From Alphaproteobacteria bacterium (GTDB lineage: Bacteria > Pseudomonadota > Alphaproteobacteria > GCA-2731375), in the NCBI GenBank assembly GCA_965232515.1, contig CBDDPY010000002.1, positions 2,080,001 through 2,144,000 on the forward strand: 64,000 nucleotides of DNA. Reading direction: 5' to 3'. Numbering within the stretch: position 1 is the stretch's first letter; each line of letters opens with the position of its first letter. Under the pieces are notes generated by a model, which saw only the letters and a program-made list of their open reading frames with translations, was not told the origin of the DNA and ran no database searches. The position numbers were made by a program, and so were the translations under genes. Shown here in pieces: positions 39,379 to 49,576 of the stretch.

Positions 39379-39960
39379 ATGTCGAGAAAGCCCGCGACAA
39401 AGTACAAAACCAAAGCCCTCGATGCGGATACTTGGCCGGACTTCGCGCGTCTGGTCGAGGCGAACAACGGTGTCTGGGGCGGCTGTTGGTGCATGTGGTA
39501 TCACGGAAAGGGCGAAGGCTCGGACGACTCCCCGGCGAGAAAACGCGAGGCGAAGGAATGCCGCGTTCGGGAAGGACGGGCGCATGCCTCCCTGGTCTTT
39601 CATGGTACGGACTGCGTCGGCTGGTGCCAGTTCGGGTCGCCGGACGAGCTTCCGCGAATCCATAATCAGCGTGCCTATCTGGCGACCGATCCGATGCTGC
39701 CCGACTGGCGGATCACCTGCTTCTTTTCCGGCAAGGGCCATCGCGGCGCCGGCGTGGCGTCCGTCGCGCTCGAGGGGGCGATCGGGCAGATCAGGAAGAT
39801 GGGCGGCGGACGCATCGAGGGATACCCGGAAGACATCGAGGGCCGAAAGGCTTCGCCGGCATTCCTGTTCAACGGAGCGCTGCACATGTTCGAGCGCCTG
39901 GGCTTCGAGCGATCACGGAAGATCGGTAAGCACAAGTGGGTGGTGACGCTGAACGTGTAG
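39379..39960 (+). CDS. GNAT-family acetyltransferase
   Basis: GGCWCMWY, VGWCQFG, ITCFF..KGHRGAGVA, IEGYP. Confidence 0.88.
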   Translation: MSRKPATKYKTKALDADTWPDFARLVEANNGVWGGCWCMWYHGKGEGSDDSPARKREAKECRVREGRAHASLVFHGTDCVGWCQFGSPDELPRIHNQRAYLATDPMLPDWRITCFFSGKGHRGAGVASVALEGAIGQIRKMGGGRIEGYPEDIEGRKASPAFLFNGALHMFERLGFERSRKIGKHKWVVTLNV

Positions 39961-40046
39961 TCTTCTTCGTCCCGGTCTGGACGATATGCTGCCCCGAAAT
40001 AGAGAAGCCTGGCGCACTCTGACAAGGCTGCGGTGACCGAGACCCG

Positions 40047-40610
40047 TCACCTTCTCGGCTTCGCCGCAAGCGGAAGATCATCGAATAGCCCGGGCGCTTC
40101 GCCAATTTGCGCGCCTTCGATCGCGAGCATCCTGAGCTTCGTCGCAATACCACCAGCCGCCGAAAAGCCGGTGAGCCTGCCGCCCGCGCCGATGACACGA
40201 TGGCACGGCACGATGATCGGCAACGGGTTGTGGCCGAGGGCCTGTCCGACATCGCGGGCAAGCCGCTTGTCGCCGAGTTGCGACGCGATGGCGCCATAGG
40301 TCGATGTCTCGCCGGCCGGGATCGCGCGCGTTGCGGCATAGACCTGTGCTGCAAACGGATCGATCCCGCCGAAGTCGCAGACGATGGAGGTAAGATCCGT
40401 CCCTTCCCCCTCGAGCAGAGCGGTCATCGACTCGATGGCGCGACGAATAGCGGTCGGCGGCTCGCCCTTTGTGGCGCCCGTTCGCGCGGCCAGACGGCGG
40501 CCGGTGTCAGCAGAGCTTTTGTCCGGAAGGCGCGTTGCGACGACCGCGTCATTGCACCAGGCAATGCCGCAGTCACCGAGCGGAGTCGGAAAGAGCGAGA
40601 AGTGCACCAT
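40047..40610 (-). CDS. ogt: methylated-DNA--protein-cysteine methyltransferase
   Basis: IPAGETSTYG, VGQALGHNP.PIIVPCHRV active site. Confidence 0.93.
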   Translation of the reverse strand: MVHFSLFPTPLGDCGIAWCNDAVVATRLPDKSSADTGRRLAARTGATKGEPPTAIRRAIESMTALLEGEGTDLTSIVCDFGGIDPFAAQVYAATRAIPAGETSTYGAIASQLGDKRLARDVGQALGHNPLPIIVPCHRVIGAGGRLTGFSAAGGIATKLRMLAIEGAQIGEAPGLFDDLPLAAKPRR

Positions 40611-40764
40611 GGGTCGAGCGTTATGCACGCTTGTACACCAACTGAAGTCCTGTTTCCGAACGCTCTTCAGATGAACGAGATGCAGCCTGCCCGGCTGCAC
40701 AGAGCTTCGCGACTTTAACCTTCGGGCGATTTCGATGCATATCAGTCCTCGATCTTGCCGCCGA

Positions 40765-42018
40765 CTACGCCTTCGTGCGAGCCATTTTGGGCGGTCGGGG
40801 CAGGCGCCAGAACGCGAGCGTGCCGAGCGCGACCAATGCGCAGACCGTCAGCAGCGCGGCGCTCAGCGGGTCGATGACTTGCCCCGGCGCAAGCGATGCC
40901 GCCACGCCGCTGAGCCACTGCACCGCGGCGACGCCGGAGAACATCGCCATCGTGAACACGCTGAGCGCGCGCCCCGTCATCCTGGCGGGATATGCGGATC
41001 GCAAGTCGGCGTACTGCAGGACGATGTAGCCCGCGAAGAAGCCGTTGAAGATCGCAAGGGCAACATCGAAGAACGCTCCCACGCCGACTGCGAGCGCCGC
41101 GAACTGCGCCGCATAGGCTGCACTGCAGCCGATAATGATGGCGCGTCGCGCGCGGCCGCCAGGGTCGAAGCGCCCCAAGACGAGAGGCCCTAGCAGCGCG
41201 GCGAGCGAGACCGCGAACGCGACGTGGCCGACCTCGACAAGCGAGAGGCCGTGGCGCTGCGCGAGCAGCGGGCCCAGCCACAGCCCGCGCAGCGCGAGGA
41301 ACGCCGCGTAGGTGACTGCGGCCAGGCAGCAGATGCCGGCGGTGTAGGGCCTTAAGAGGATCGAGCCGAGATCGCGCAGCGCCGCGCCGAGGGTCTGGCC
41401 TTGAGCCCGCGACGGCATGGGCTCGTCGCGGACGCACCAGAGCACGGCGATCCAGCTCGCGGCGGCGAGCAAGGTCAGCGCAACGAAGCCCGCACGCCAC
41501 GACCAGGTTGCGATCACCCACGCAAGCGGCGTGCTAGTGATCAGCATGCCAACCCCGCCGACCCCCATCACGACGCCGGACACGGCCGCGAAGCGATCGG
41601 CCGGGTAGCGCCGGGAAATGAAAACCATCGCCGCGAGCAGCGCCGGCGCGCAGCCGAAACCGATCAGCCATTGGCCGGCGACGAGCATGGCTAAACTGTT
41701 CGCGCTGGCTGACACCGCGCTGCCGGCCATCGCGAGCACGAACGCGACGACGATGGTGCGTCGTGGCCCATGCCGGTCGAGCGCGACCCCAACCGCCGGC
41801 TGTGCGAGCGCGAAGGCGAGGTGAAACGCGCCCGCCACTGCGCCGAGTGCCTGTGCTGAGGCCCCGAACTCGGCCGCGAGCGGGTCGGCAGTGATCGTCA
41901 CGACGGTGCGAAAGGCGTGGCTGAGGATGAAGACCGCGATCAGCGCTGCGAGCATCAGCGACGTGCGGCGGCGCTCGCGTGCGGCCGTAGCCTCGGTGGC
42001 CAACACAGTCGTCCTCAC
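40765..42018 (-). CDS. MFS transporter
   Basis: About 12 TM; G.ALDRHGPRR motif A; WR.GF. Confidence 0.92.
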   Translation of the reverse strand: MRTTVLATEATAARERRRTSLMLAALIAVFILSHAFRTVVTITADPLAAEFGASAQALGAVAGAFHLAFALAQPAVGVALDRHGPRRTIVVAFVLAMAGSAVSASANSLAMLVAGQWLIGFGCAPALLAAMVFISRRYPADRFAAVSGVVMGVGGVGMLITSTPLAWVIATWSWRAGFVALTLLAAASWIAVLWCVRDEPMPSRAQGQTLGAALRDLGSILLRPYTAGICCLAAVTYAAFLALRGLWLGPLLAQRHGLSLVEVGHVAFAVSLAALLGPLVLGRFDPGGRARRAIIIGCSAAYAAQFAALAVGVGAFFDVALAIFNGFFAGYIVLQYADLRSAYPARMTGRALSVFTMAMFSGVAAVQWLSGVAASLAPGQVIDPLSAALLTVCALVALGTLAFWRLPRPPKMARTKA

Positions 42019-42187
42019 GACGGCAACGGTTCCAAGGTTGAAGCCGGCGTCGGGGTACGGCCTGCTGGGGCGCGGGAGCCCCCGCTCCAGCCTTCCGCCA
42101 TGCGAGCGTCCGGACGCGGGCTAGCTGGAGCATTCGCTCCACAACGTCGGCGATCAGGCGCGAGGCTCATGAGGCGTGGGCCATGGG

Positions 42188-42802
42188 TCACTTCACGGCA
42201 AAGACGCGGTGGATGGGGCCGCCATCGCCCGTTCGGGATTTGGTCACGGCTATGACGTTGTTAAGCCATGTATAGCGGCGATCGCCGGTCTCGAATTGCG
42301 GCGCCGCACGGAAGTAGTAGCGCCATGCGCCTGCGGGGTCGTCCGGTTTTTCGAGATCGGTCGCATACTCGGCGTCTTCCGGCGCCGACCAGAACCGCCC
42401 TTGCCAATAGACGTAGAGCATTGCTTTGTCGTGTGTCTCCAGGCAGAAGCGCACATCAAGGACGCCCGTCCCATCTGGTCGAATGCGTACCCAGTCCGCG
42501 CCTGCGTCCGGCACAACACGCCCGCGCAGGTGGGGCCCTTCGAACGCGCCGCCCTTTACGAGATAGATGAGGCGCCTGCCTTCGGATATCGGCCCCACGT
42601 CCAGCGGTGGAAGATGAAGCTGGACACGCGCTTCGAACAGGAACTCCAACTCGGGAGGGCTGTGCGCGTCCCAGCCGGCGGCGCTGAGTGTCAGGCCGCC
42701 GGCGCTCGGTTCCAGGGTATGCGCGTTGCCACGCCCAACAAGCGCGGTTGCGGCATAAAGTCCCGCGCCGACAAACATATTTCTACGTATCGTATCTGGC
42801 AT
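42188..42802 (-). CDS. DUF3237-family protein with Tat-like leader
   Basis: GGAFEGPHLRGRV.P..GADW, YYFRAAPQFETGD..Y.WLN; N-terminal IRRNMF plus hydrophobic stretch. Confidence 0.85.
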   Translation of the reverse strand: MPDTIRRNMFVGAGLYAATALVGRGNAHTLEPSAGGLTLSAAGWDAHSPPELEFLFEARVQLHLPPLDVGPISEGRRLIYLVKGGAFEGPHLRGRVVPDAGADWVRIRPDGTGVLDVRFCLETHDKAMLYVYWQGRFWSAPEDAEYATDLEKPDDPAGAWRYYFRAAPQFETGDRRYTWLNNVIAVTKSRTGDGGPIHRVFAVK

Positions 42803-42895
42803 CTGTTGCCCTCCGCCCGGGTCACACTCAATTCGGGTTGGCGCCCGCCGACCTTGGCGGCGCCATGCGGCCACTGCTAAGCCACGGCGCCAATC

Positions 42896-42946
42896 ATGTG
42901 CGCCACGCACATATTGTCAAGTTGAAATTCGTGCGCGCCGCACATA
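42896..42946. promoter_or_regulatory. double GTGCG-N3-CGCAC operator/promoter cassette, copy 2
   Basis: ATGTGCG-CCA-CGCACAT, GTCAAGTTGAAA, GTGCG-CGC-CGCACATAAT; between divergent DUF3237 and MarR genes. Confidence 0.75.
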
Positions 42947-42957
42947 ATCTACGACGG

Positions 42958-43464
42958 ATGATCGACCGCAACGCCAATCTGCTCGGTGTCGTCGGGCTTG
43001 CCGTCGCCGACCGCATCGGAGACGTGGCGCGCGACGTCCTTCGTCACGGCGGTGAAACCCCCGCAGCACTGGTTGTCATCGGATACGGCTCCGGCCCCTC
43101 CAACGATCAGCTGCGACGCATTCTCGGCTTGTCCCACCCGGGTACCGTGCGCCTCGTCGATCGGCTCGTCGCCGATGGCCTCGTTGAGCGTCGCAAGGGG
43201 CGAGACAAACGGGCGATCGCGCTCTACCTCAGCGAGCGGGGCATGGCATTGCGCGAGGAACTCCTGAAGGGACGCCTCGCCGCCATCCGGCCACTGCTGG
43301 CCCCGCTGACCGGCGTGGAGCAGGAGATTCTTGCGGCGCTGCTGCATAAGATGTTGTCTTCGATGGAGACGACGGCGACCGAACGCCGCACGCTCTGTCG
43401 CCTTTGCGATAAGCGCATCTGCACCAACTGCCCCATTCCGGCCGACGCGCGGCCGGAGACATGA
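42958..43464 (+). CDS. MarR-family regulator with C-terminal Cys cluster
   Basis: LGLSHPGTVRLVDRL...GLVERR..DKR; ends CRLCDKRICTNCP. Confidence 0.92.
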   Translation: MIDRNANLLGVVGLAVADRIGDVARDVLRHGGETPAALVVIGYGSGPSNDQLRRILGLSHPGTVRLVDRLVADGLVERRKGRDKRAIALYLSERGMALREELLKGRLAAIRPLLAPLTGVEQEILAALLHKMLSSMETTATERRTLCRLCDKRICTNCPIPADARPET

Positions 43465-43618
43465 ACACTAGACGCGGACATGCATCCCGCCTGGCGACCG
43501 GCCGGATGACGCACGCGTCACCCGACGCTTCGCAGACCCGGTGGATCGTCGCCACGGGCAAGGCCCACCCGCGGCCCAGGCGAACCTTGGCTGCGGCGGC
43601 AACGGCGAGCGCGCCGCA

Positions 43619-44185
43619 TCACGGGACGAGATGCCCGATCAGAAGCTTCATGAACAGCGCCGGCACAAACCACTCGAGTCCGGGCGTCGCGCCCAGCACG
43701 CCAAGCACCAGCCCGATTGCGACCAGAGAACACGTCACGGCGATCGGCAGCTTCAGATAGCGCGGCGCGGCAAGCACCGCGAATAGTGCGATGACGAGGC
43801 ATGCGGACACCGCCGCCGCATAGGTCGCGTCAAACCCTTCGCCCCGGAACGCCCACGCGACAACGCCGATGTGCAACAGGTGAAGGCAGGTGAAGGACAC
43901 ATGCCGGCCGGCGGTCACATCGAGCCGGTGATACCAACGCTTCGTCGTTTCTGTTGCGAAGCAGACCGCGCCGCCGATGACATCGAGCGCGATGACGGCG
44001 CCCAGAAGAATGAGCCAGATGTTTGCGCCCTGCGCGGCGAGCGCCCAAGCCGCGAGGATCGCGCCTGCGGTGCCCGAACCGATCACCAGGAAGTTTTCCT
44101 GCCAACGCATGCCCGGACCGACAAGACGGTCCCACGATCCTGGCAGACCCGTACGGGGCGCGGGAATAGCAACAGACGTCTCCAT
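43619..44185 (-). CDS. hypothetical membrane protein
   Basis: Several TMs; WDRLVGPG, TTKRWYH; good RBS (GAGAGGA). Confidence 0.7.
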   Translation of the reverse strand: METSVAIPAPRTGLPGSWDRLVGPGMRWQENFLVIGSGTAGAILAAWALAAQGANIWLILLGAVIALDVIGGAVCFATETTKRWYHRLDVTAGRHVSFTCLHLLHIGVVAWAFRGEGFDATYAAAVSACLVIALFAVLAAPRYLKLPIAVTCSLVAIGLVLGVLGATPGLEWFVPALFMKLLIGHLVP

Positions 44186-44590
44186 ATGTATCCTCTCAAA
44201 CGGGGAACCGGTCCGTTGGCCCCGAAGGCCAATCCCCGACCCATCCCAATGACCATTGGCATGACGCGGCGCGCGTTAACCTGCTCAAGACGTCTGTCAT
44301 CACTGGCACGGCTTCAAGACAAACGCCGCCAACATGCGGCGACCGGTCGCACTGTTTCTGGCGTCTCTCAGGCAGACACATTCGGCAACGGATCGCCATC
44401 TGGCCGCGGCGCGTCCGCACCGTGCCGGCGTGGACGTGCAGATGCCGGGCGCGGACGAGGTCGGGCGCGCCGTCATGCACCCGGGCCAGGCGCGTGGCGG
44501 CCGATGTTCTCATAGACGGGACGCTGCGGTTCTCCGTATTTTCCAGGGCAATCTTCCGTCGGAGCAAGACGAACGGCCGAGAGGTGCCGC

Positions 44591-46663
44591 ATGCGAGATC
44601 CGCGATATGACGTCCTGTTCGAACCGGTCAGAATCGGCCCGCTGACGACCCGCAACCGGTTCTATCAGGTGCCGCACTGCACGGGCATGGGCCATCGCTA
44701 TTCCCGCGGCGAGGCGCGATTGCGCGGCATCAAGGCCGAGGGCGGCTGGGGCGTGGTGTCCACCCAGGAAACCGAAATCCACCCGAGCTCCGACCTGACC
44801 CCGGCCAACGAGGGACGCCTGTGGGACGACGGCGACGCGCCCGCGTTGCGCGCCGTCGCCGATGCCGTGCATGAGCATGGCAGCCTCGCGGCCATTCAGC
44901 TGGTCCACAACGGCCTGCATTCGGCGAACCGTTACAGCCGGACGCCGCCGCTTGCCCCATCGCACTGTGTTGTCGATTGCGACGATCCCGTTCAGGCGCG
45001 CGCCATGGACAAAGCCGACATCCAGGCGTTTCGCCGCTGGCACCGCGACGCCGCGCGACGCGCCAGGGAAATGGGCTTCGACATTATCTATGTCTATGCC
45101 GGCCATGACATGACGCTGCTACAGCATTTCCTGCTGGCCCGACACAACCACCGGACCGACGAATATGGCGGGTCCTTCGAAAACCGGCTGCGTCTTTTCC
45201 GTGAAGTGATCGCGGAGACGAAAGAAGCGGCAGGCGACCGTTGCGCCGTCGCGGTGCGTCTCGCGGTCGACGAGTTCATGGACGGCGAAGGATTTCGCCA
45301 CGACCATGAAGGCCGGGACATCATCGCGGCGCTGGCCGAAGAACCCGATCTTTGGGACGTGAACCTCTCGGACTGGGCAAATGACAGCCAGACCTCCCGG
45401 TTTTCCGACGAGGGCTTTCAGGAGCCCTACACGGCGTTCGTCAAATCGCTGACGACAAAGCCGGTGGTCGGTGTCGGCCGCTACACGTCGCCGGACTCGA
45501 TGGTGCGCGTCGTCAGGCAAGGCCGGCTCGATCTCATTGGCGCGGCGCGTCCGTCGATATCCGATCCGTTCCTGCCGAAGAAGATCGAAGAAGGCCGCAT
45601 CGACGACATCCGCGAGTGCATCGGCTGCAACATCTGCACCGCCAGCGACAACGTCTCGATGCCGATCCGCTGCACGCAGAACCCGACCATGGGCCAGGAA
45701 TGGCGGCGCGGCTGGCACCCGGAAATCATCCCGCCGCTGAAGGCGCCCGAAGCGCATCTGATCGTCGGCGGCGGCCCCGCCGGCCTGGAGGCCGCGCGGG
45801 CGCTCGGACAGCGCGGCGCGACCGTGATCCTTGCCGAGAGCGGCCGCGAATGGGGCGGGCGCGTCGCCCGCGAGGCCCGCCTCCCGGGGCTCGCGGGCTG
45901 GGCGCGCGTGCGCGATTGGCGTCTTTCGCAGCTTCAACAAATGCCGAATGTCGAGATGTATCTGGAGAGCGACTTGAGCGCGGCCGACATTCTCGACTAC
46001 GGCATTCGAAACGTCGCCCTTGCCACGGGCGCCAGGTGGCGTCGCGATGGCGTCGGACGCCACCACCGCAAGCCGTTGACCTTCCTGAACCCCGAACGGG
46101 TGTTAACGCCGGACGATCTGATGCAGCCGCAGGCGACCGAACGGCTCGCATCCGGACCGCTGGTGATCTTCGATGACGACCGGTTCTACATGGCGAGCGT
46201 TCTGGCCGAACGGTTGGCGGCATCGGGCCACGATGTTCATTTCGTCACGCCGGCAGCGGTGGTCGCGCCGTGGTCGGTCAATACGCTGGAGCAGGATCGG
46301 ATTCAGACGCGCCTCATTGACCTCGGCGTGAATATCGTCCCGCTGCACGGGTTGCACGGCATGCGGGACGACCGCATCCAACTGTCCTGTGTCTACTCCG
46401 GACGCGTGCGGGAACTGGACTGCGCGACGCTTGTCTCGGTGACGTCGCGCCTGCCCGACGACACGCTCTGGCACGAGCTCACGGGCGCGCGCCGTCACTG
46501 GCCGGATGCCGGCATCGCCTCGGTGGAACGCATCGGCGATTGCCTTGCGCCCGCCCTGATTTCCGATGCCTGTTATTCGGGCCACGCCTATGCGCGTGGC
46601 GTCGAAGATCCGTCATCCGACGTCGTCAACCGGGACGACAGAGTGCAAGGACTGACCGGATGA
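44591..46663 (+). CDS. trimethylamine/histamine dehydrogenase-family iron-sulfur flavoprotein
   Basis: NRFYQVPHC (FMN-linked Cys), YVYAGH, RTDEYGGSFENR, CIGCNIC...C 4Fe-4S, GGGPAG. Confidence 0.92.
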   Translation: MRDPRYDVLFEPVRIGPLTTRNRFYQVPHCTGMGHRYSRGEARLRGIKAEGGWGVVSTQETEIHPSSDLTPANEGRLWDDGDAPALRAVADAVHEHGSLAAIQLVHNGLHSANRYSRTPPLAPSHCVVDCDDPVQARAMDKADIQAFRRWHRDAARRAREMGFDIIYVYAGHDMTLLQHFLLARHNHRTDEYGGSFENRLRLFREVIAETKEAAGDRCAVAVRLAVDEFMDGEGFRHDHEGRDIIAALAEEPDLWDVNLSDWANDSQTSRFSDEGFQEPYTAFVKSLTTKPVVGVGRYTSPDSMVRVVRQGRLDLIGAARPSISDPFLPKKIEEGRIDDIRECIGCNICTASDNVSMPIRCTQNPTMGQEWRRGWHPEIIPPLKAPEAHLIVGGGPAGLEAARALGQRGATVILAESGREWGGRVAREARLPGLAGWARVRDWRLSQLQQMPNVEMYLESDLSAADILDYGIRNVALATGARWRRDGVGRHHRKPLTFLNPERVLTPDDLMQPQATERLASGPLVIFDDDRFYMASVLAERLAASGHDVHFVTPAAVVAPWSVNTLEQDRIQTRLIDLGVNIVPLHGLHGMRDDRIQLSCVYSGRVRELDCATLVSVTSRLPDDTLWHELTGARRHWPDAGIASVERIGDCLAPALISDACYSGHAYARGVEDPSSDVVNRDDRVQGLTG

Positions 46664-46686
46664 CATACCGATAACGGCGCCTGGCC

Positions 46687-47559
46687 TCACGCCGCGCGCC
46701 GGCGCTCCCGATACATGGCGTAGAGGCCGCCGGCCACGATGGCGACGACGCCGATCACCGTCCAGTGCTCGGGCCGTTCATTGAAAACAAGCCAGCCAAT
46801 CAACAAGGCAAACGCCACCGCCGAGTAGGTAAAGGGCTGCAAGGCCGATGCCTGTCCACGACGCAGCGCCGCGATCAGCCCGAAATGACCGGCGGTATTG
46901 AAAACCCCCGCCAGCAGCATCCACGTCCAGGTTTCGGCGTCTTCGGGGTGCCGCCAATCCCACGGCGCGATCAGCCCCGTCACCGCGAACATGGCGCAGC
47001 CCGTCCATAACAGCGTCGTTGCTTCACTGTCGTGGCGGCTCAACGCGCGCAGCAGAACCTGATAGACGCCCCACAGCAAGACACCCGATATCGGCAACAG
47101 GGTAAGCCACCCGAAGGTACCGAATCCGGGGCGCGACACCGCCAGCATGCCGGCGCAACCGACCAACACCGCGATCCATCGATGCACGCCGACCTTCTCG
47201 CCGAGAAATGCCGATGCAAACACCAGCACGACCAACGGCGTTGCGGCGCTGATCCCCGTGACATCGCCCAGCGGCAGGCTGCGGAACGCGAAAATGAATA
47301 CGGCGACTTCGGCCACAAGGATAAGAGAGCGAATTGCCTGAAGCACCTTGCGCTCGCTCCTGAAGGCGCGCTTCAGCCCACCGTGACGGGATATCCAAAT
47401 GAGCGCGATCGCCAGCCAGACCCACGACCGCACCCAAAGCACCTGCCAAACCGAATAGGTCTGCGTCAGGTGCTTTCCGATGGCGTCGCCGACGGTGATG
47501 CAGAACATCGCCATAAGCGTGAGCAGTATTGCGACAAAAGGCGTTCGATCGCCGTCCAT
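46687..47559 (-). CDS. DMT/EamA-family transporter
   Basis: FLGEKVG..RW.AV.VG..G....RPG; QPFTYS; FNERP. Confidence 0.9.
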   Translation of the reverse strand: MDGDRTPFVAILLTLMAMFCITVGDAIGKHLTQTYSVWQVLWVRSWVWLAIALIWISRHGGLKRAFRSERKVLQAIRSLILVAEVAVFIFAFRSLPLGDVTGISAATPLVVLVFASAFLGEKVGVHRWIAVLVGCAGMLAVSRPGFGTFGWLTLLPISGVLLWGVYQVLLRALSRHDSEATTLLWTGCAMFAVTGLIAPWDWRHPEDAETWTWMLLAGVFNTAGHFGLIAALRRGQASALQPFTYSAVAFALLIGWLVFNERPEHWTVIGVVAIVAGGLYAMYRERRRAA

Positions 47560-47745
47560 TATTCTACTTTCGATTGAATTCACTGAAGGCAGGCGGCGCT
47601 GCCCCTTCGCGGTCGGAGAGGTCCCCTTCGTTCGGGAAACGAGGATAGTGGCGGGTTCGGCGTGGCAATGGGTAACCGCGATGACGGTCCCGTCGCAAAC
47701 GAGTATATAGACGACCTAGGCATACATTTTTTAGGTCTCGTCGCG

Positions 47746-48636
47746 ATGGCCGCGCCACGCCGTCAACAGGTCCCGCCGCTGAACGCGCTCCGCGCCTTTG
47801 AAGCCGCCGCGCGCCATTCGAGCTTCACCGAAGCGGCGCGGGAGCTGTTCGTCACCCCGGCGGCGGTCGCGCGACATGTGAAGGGGCTTGAAGCCTGGGC
47901 CGGTGCGCCGCTGTTCACGCGCCGCGCCCAGGGCGTCGAGCTGACGGCGCTCGGCACAAGCGTGCTGCCCGAGTTCGTTTCCGCCTTCGACAGCCTCGGC
48001 GGGGTCGTGCAATCGCTTCGGGCGCAGGTCGAACCCAACGTTGTCCGGATCGCCGCGCTGCCGTGCATCGCGCAGCTCTGGCTCGCGCCGCGAATGCCGG
48101 TCATTCGGGCTGCGGTGAACGACATCGTGCTGTCGGTCACCACGTCCGAACATCCGCCCAACCTGAAGCGCGAACCGTTCGATATGAGCATCTATTTCGT
48201 CGCCAACCCGCTCCGGGACACGCACATCGAACTGTGTCGCAACGTCACCTTCCCGGTGTGTTCGCCCGCGCTTGCCGCCGAACTGCGTGAGCCGGCCGAC
48301 CTCGCCGGCGCGACGTTTCTTCACGATGCCTGCTGGCTGCACGAGTGGGACGCCTGGCTGGCGCACGCGTGTCCGGACGCGTCCATCGACACCCGGGGGT
48401 CGGTGTTCACGCTCTACAGCTTCGCCGTCGCCGAGGCGAAGAACGGCGCCGGCGTCCTGATCGGCCACGAACCGCTCGTTCGCGGCGACCTCGATCGGGG
48501 CGACCTGATCGCGCCGTTCGAGACAAGCATCGAAGGCGACGTGAGCCTGGCCATCGAGGTCGCGCGGCCGAACTACGAAGAGCGCCCCCTCGGCAGGGTC
48601 ATCGAAGCCCTCCGGAACGCCTCGCCTCCAGCCTAG
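47746..48636 (+). CDS. LysR-family regulator (GcvA-like)
   Basis: PPLNALRAFEAAARHSSFTEAARELFVTPAAV. Confidence 0.94.
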   Translation: MAAPRRQQVPPLNALRAFEAAARHSSFTEAARELFVTPAAVARHVKGLEAWAGAPLFTRRAQGVELTALGTSVLPEFVSAFDSLGGVVQSLRAQVEPNVVRIAALPCIAQLWLAPRMPVIRAAVNDIVLSVTTSEHPPNLKREPFDMSIYFVANPLRDTHIELCRNVTFPVCSPALAAELREPADLAGATFLHDACWLHEWDAWLAHACPDASIDTRGSVFTLYSFAVAEAKNGAGVLIGHEPLVRGDLDRGDLIAPFETSIEGDVSLAIEVARPNYEERPLGRVIEALRNASPPA

Positions 48637-49487
48637 CCCGCCGGATGAAACACCCGCTCGAACGACTCCCTGAGCCAGCGGATCGTCGCCTGGATGCGGA
48701 GCGTCTGCACCGTGTCGGGATGGGCATGCAAATGCAGCGCGCGGATCAGGTCCGGCTCGCCGTCGTTCACGCGGACCAGGCGCGGGTCCGCCTCGCCGAG
48801 GCACATCGGTAACAGCCCCTTGCCGACGCCCTCGCCGACGGCGGCGCGCATGATGCCGGCATCCGTCGCGGTCAGGCGCATGCGCTCGCCGCGCCGGCGC
48901 AGGCCCTTGTGCGCGCGGGTGATGTTGGGCCGCACCGCGTCCTCGTCGTAGAACGAGACCCAGCCGTCGGGCTCTTCGGCCATGTCGCGGGCCTTGTAGA
49001 CGGCGTACGGCACGTCGCCCAGCTTGATCGCGAACTCGCCCTCGCCCGGCTCGACCTCGAACCAGATCGACAGCGAGGCCTCGCCCCGCACCCGGTTGCG
49101 CGGGATCAGCGAGATCACGCGCAGGTCGAGCCGCGGATGCGCGGCCAGGAACGGCCCCATCGCCATCCCGGCCAGCCGCTCCAGCGTCCAGGGGTTGCCC
49201 AGCAGGCGGACGGTGCCGACCGGCCCGTCGTCCGACGCCGTCACCTCGTCGATCATCCGGTCGACCCGGCGCTCGACCTCCAGCACCTGCTTGATCGCGG
49301 CCTCACCGGCATCGGTGAGCGCGAAGCCCGTCTTCGAACGCACGAACAGGATCACGCCCAGATTGGCCTCCAGCGCCGACAGCCGCCGGCCGGCCGTCGA
49401 CTGGTCGATGCCCAGCGTCTGCGCGGCCTGCGTCAGCGAGCCCGTGCGGCTGACCGCAAGCGCGACTTTCAGATTGTCCCAATCCAT
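48633..49487 (-). CDS. LysR-family regulator divergent from globin
   Basis: MDWDNLKVALAVSRTGSLTQAAQTLGIDQSTAGRRL. Confidence 0.92.
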   Translation of the reverse strand: MDWDNLKVALAVSRTGSLTQAAQTLGIDQSTAGRRLSALEANLGVILFVRSKTGFALTDAGEAAIKQVLEVERRVDRMIDEVTASDDGPVGTVRLLGNPWTLERLAGMAMGPFLAAHPRLDLRVISLIPRNRVRGEASLSIWFEVEPGEGEFAIKLGDVPYAVYKARDMAEEPDGWVSFYDEDAVRPNITRAHKGLRRRGERMRLTATDAGIMRAAVGEGVGKGLLPMCLGEADPRLVRVNDGEPDLIRALHLHAHPDTVQTLRIQATIRWLRESFERVFHPAG

Positions 49488-49576
49488 CGGTTGACCCCCG
49501 ATCTCGGTGTTTCGCATGGCGCCGCATGCTTATCAAAGCGCCCGGCCGCGGGTGTGACATAGCCCACAACCGACAC

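Noticed and set aside
44200-44240. Structured leader (TTGGCC/GGCCAA hairpin within a GGGGA/TCCCC stem) as a riboswitch
   Set aside because: Short stems expected by chance at this GC content; no known aptamer consensus recognised
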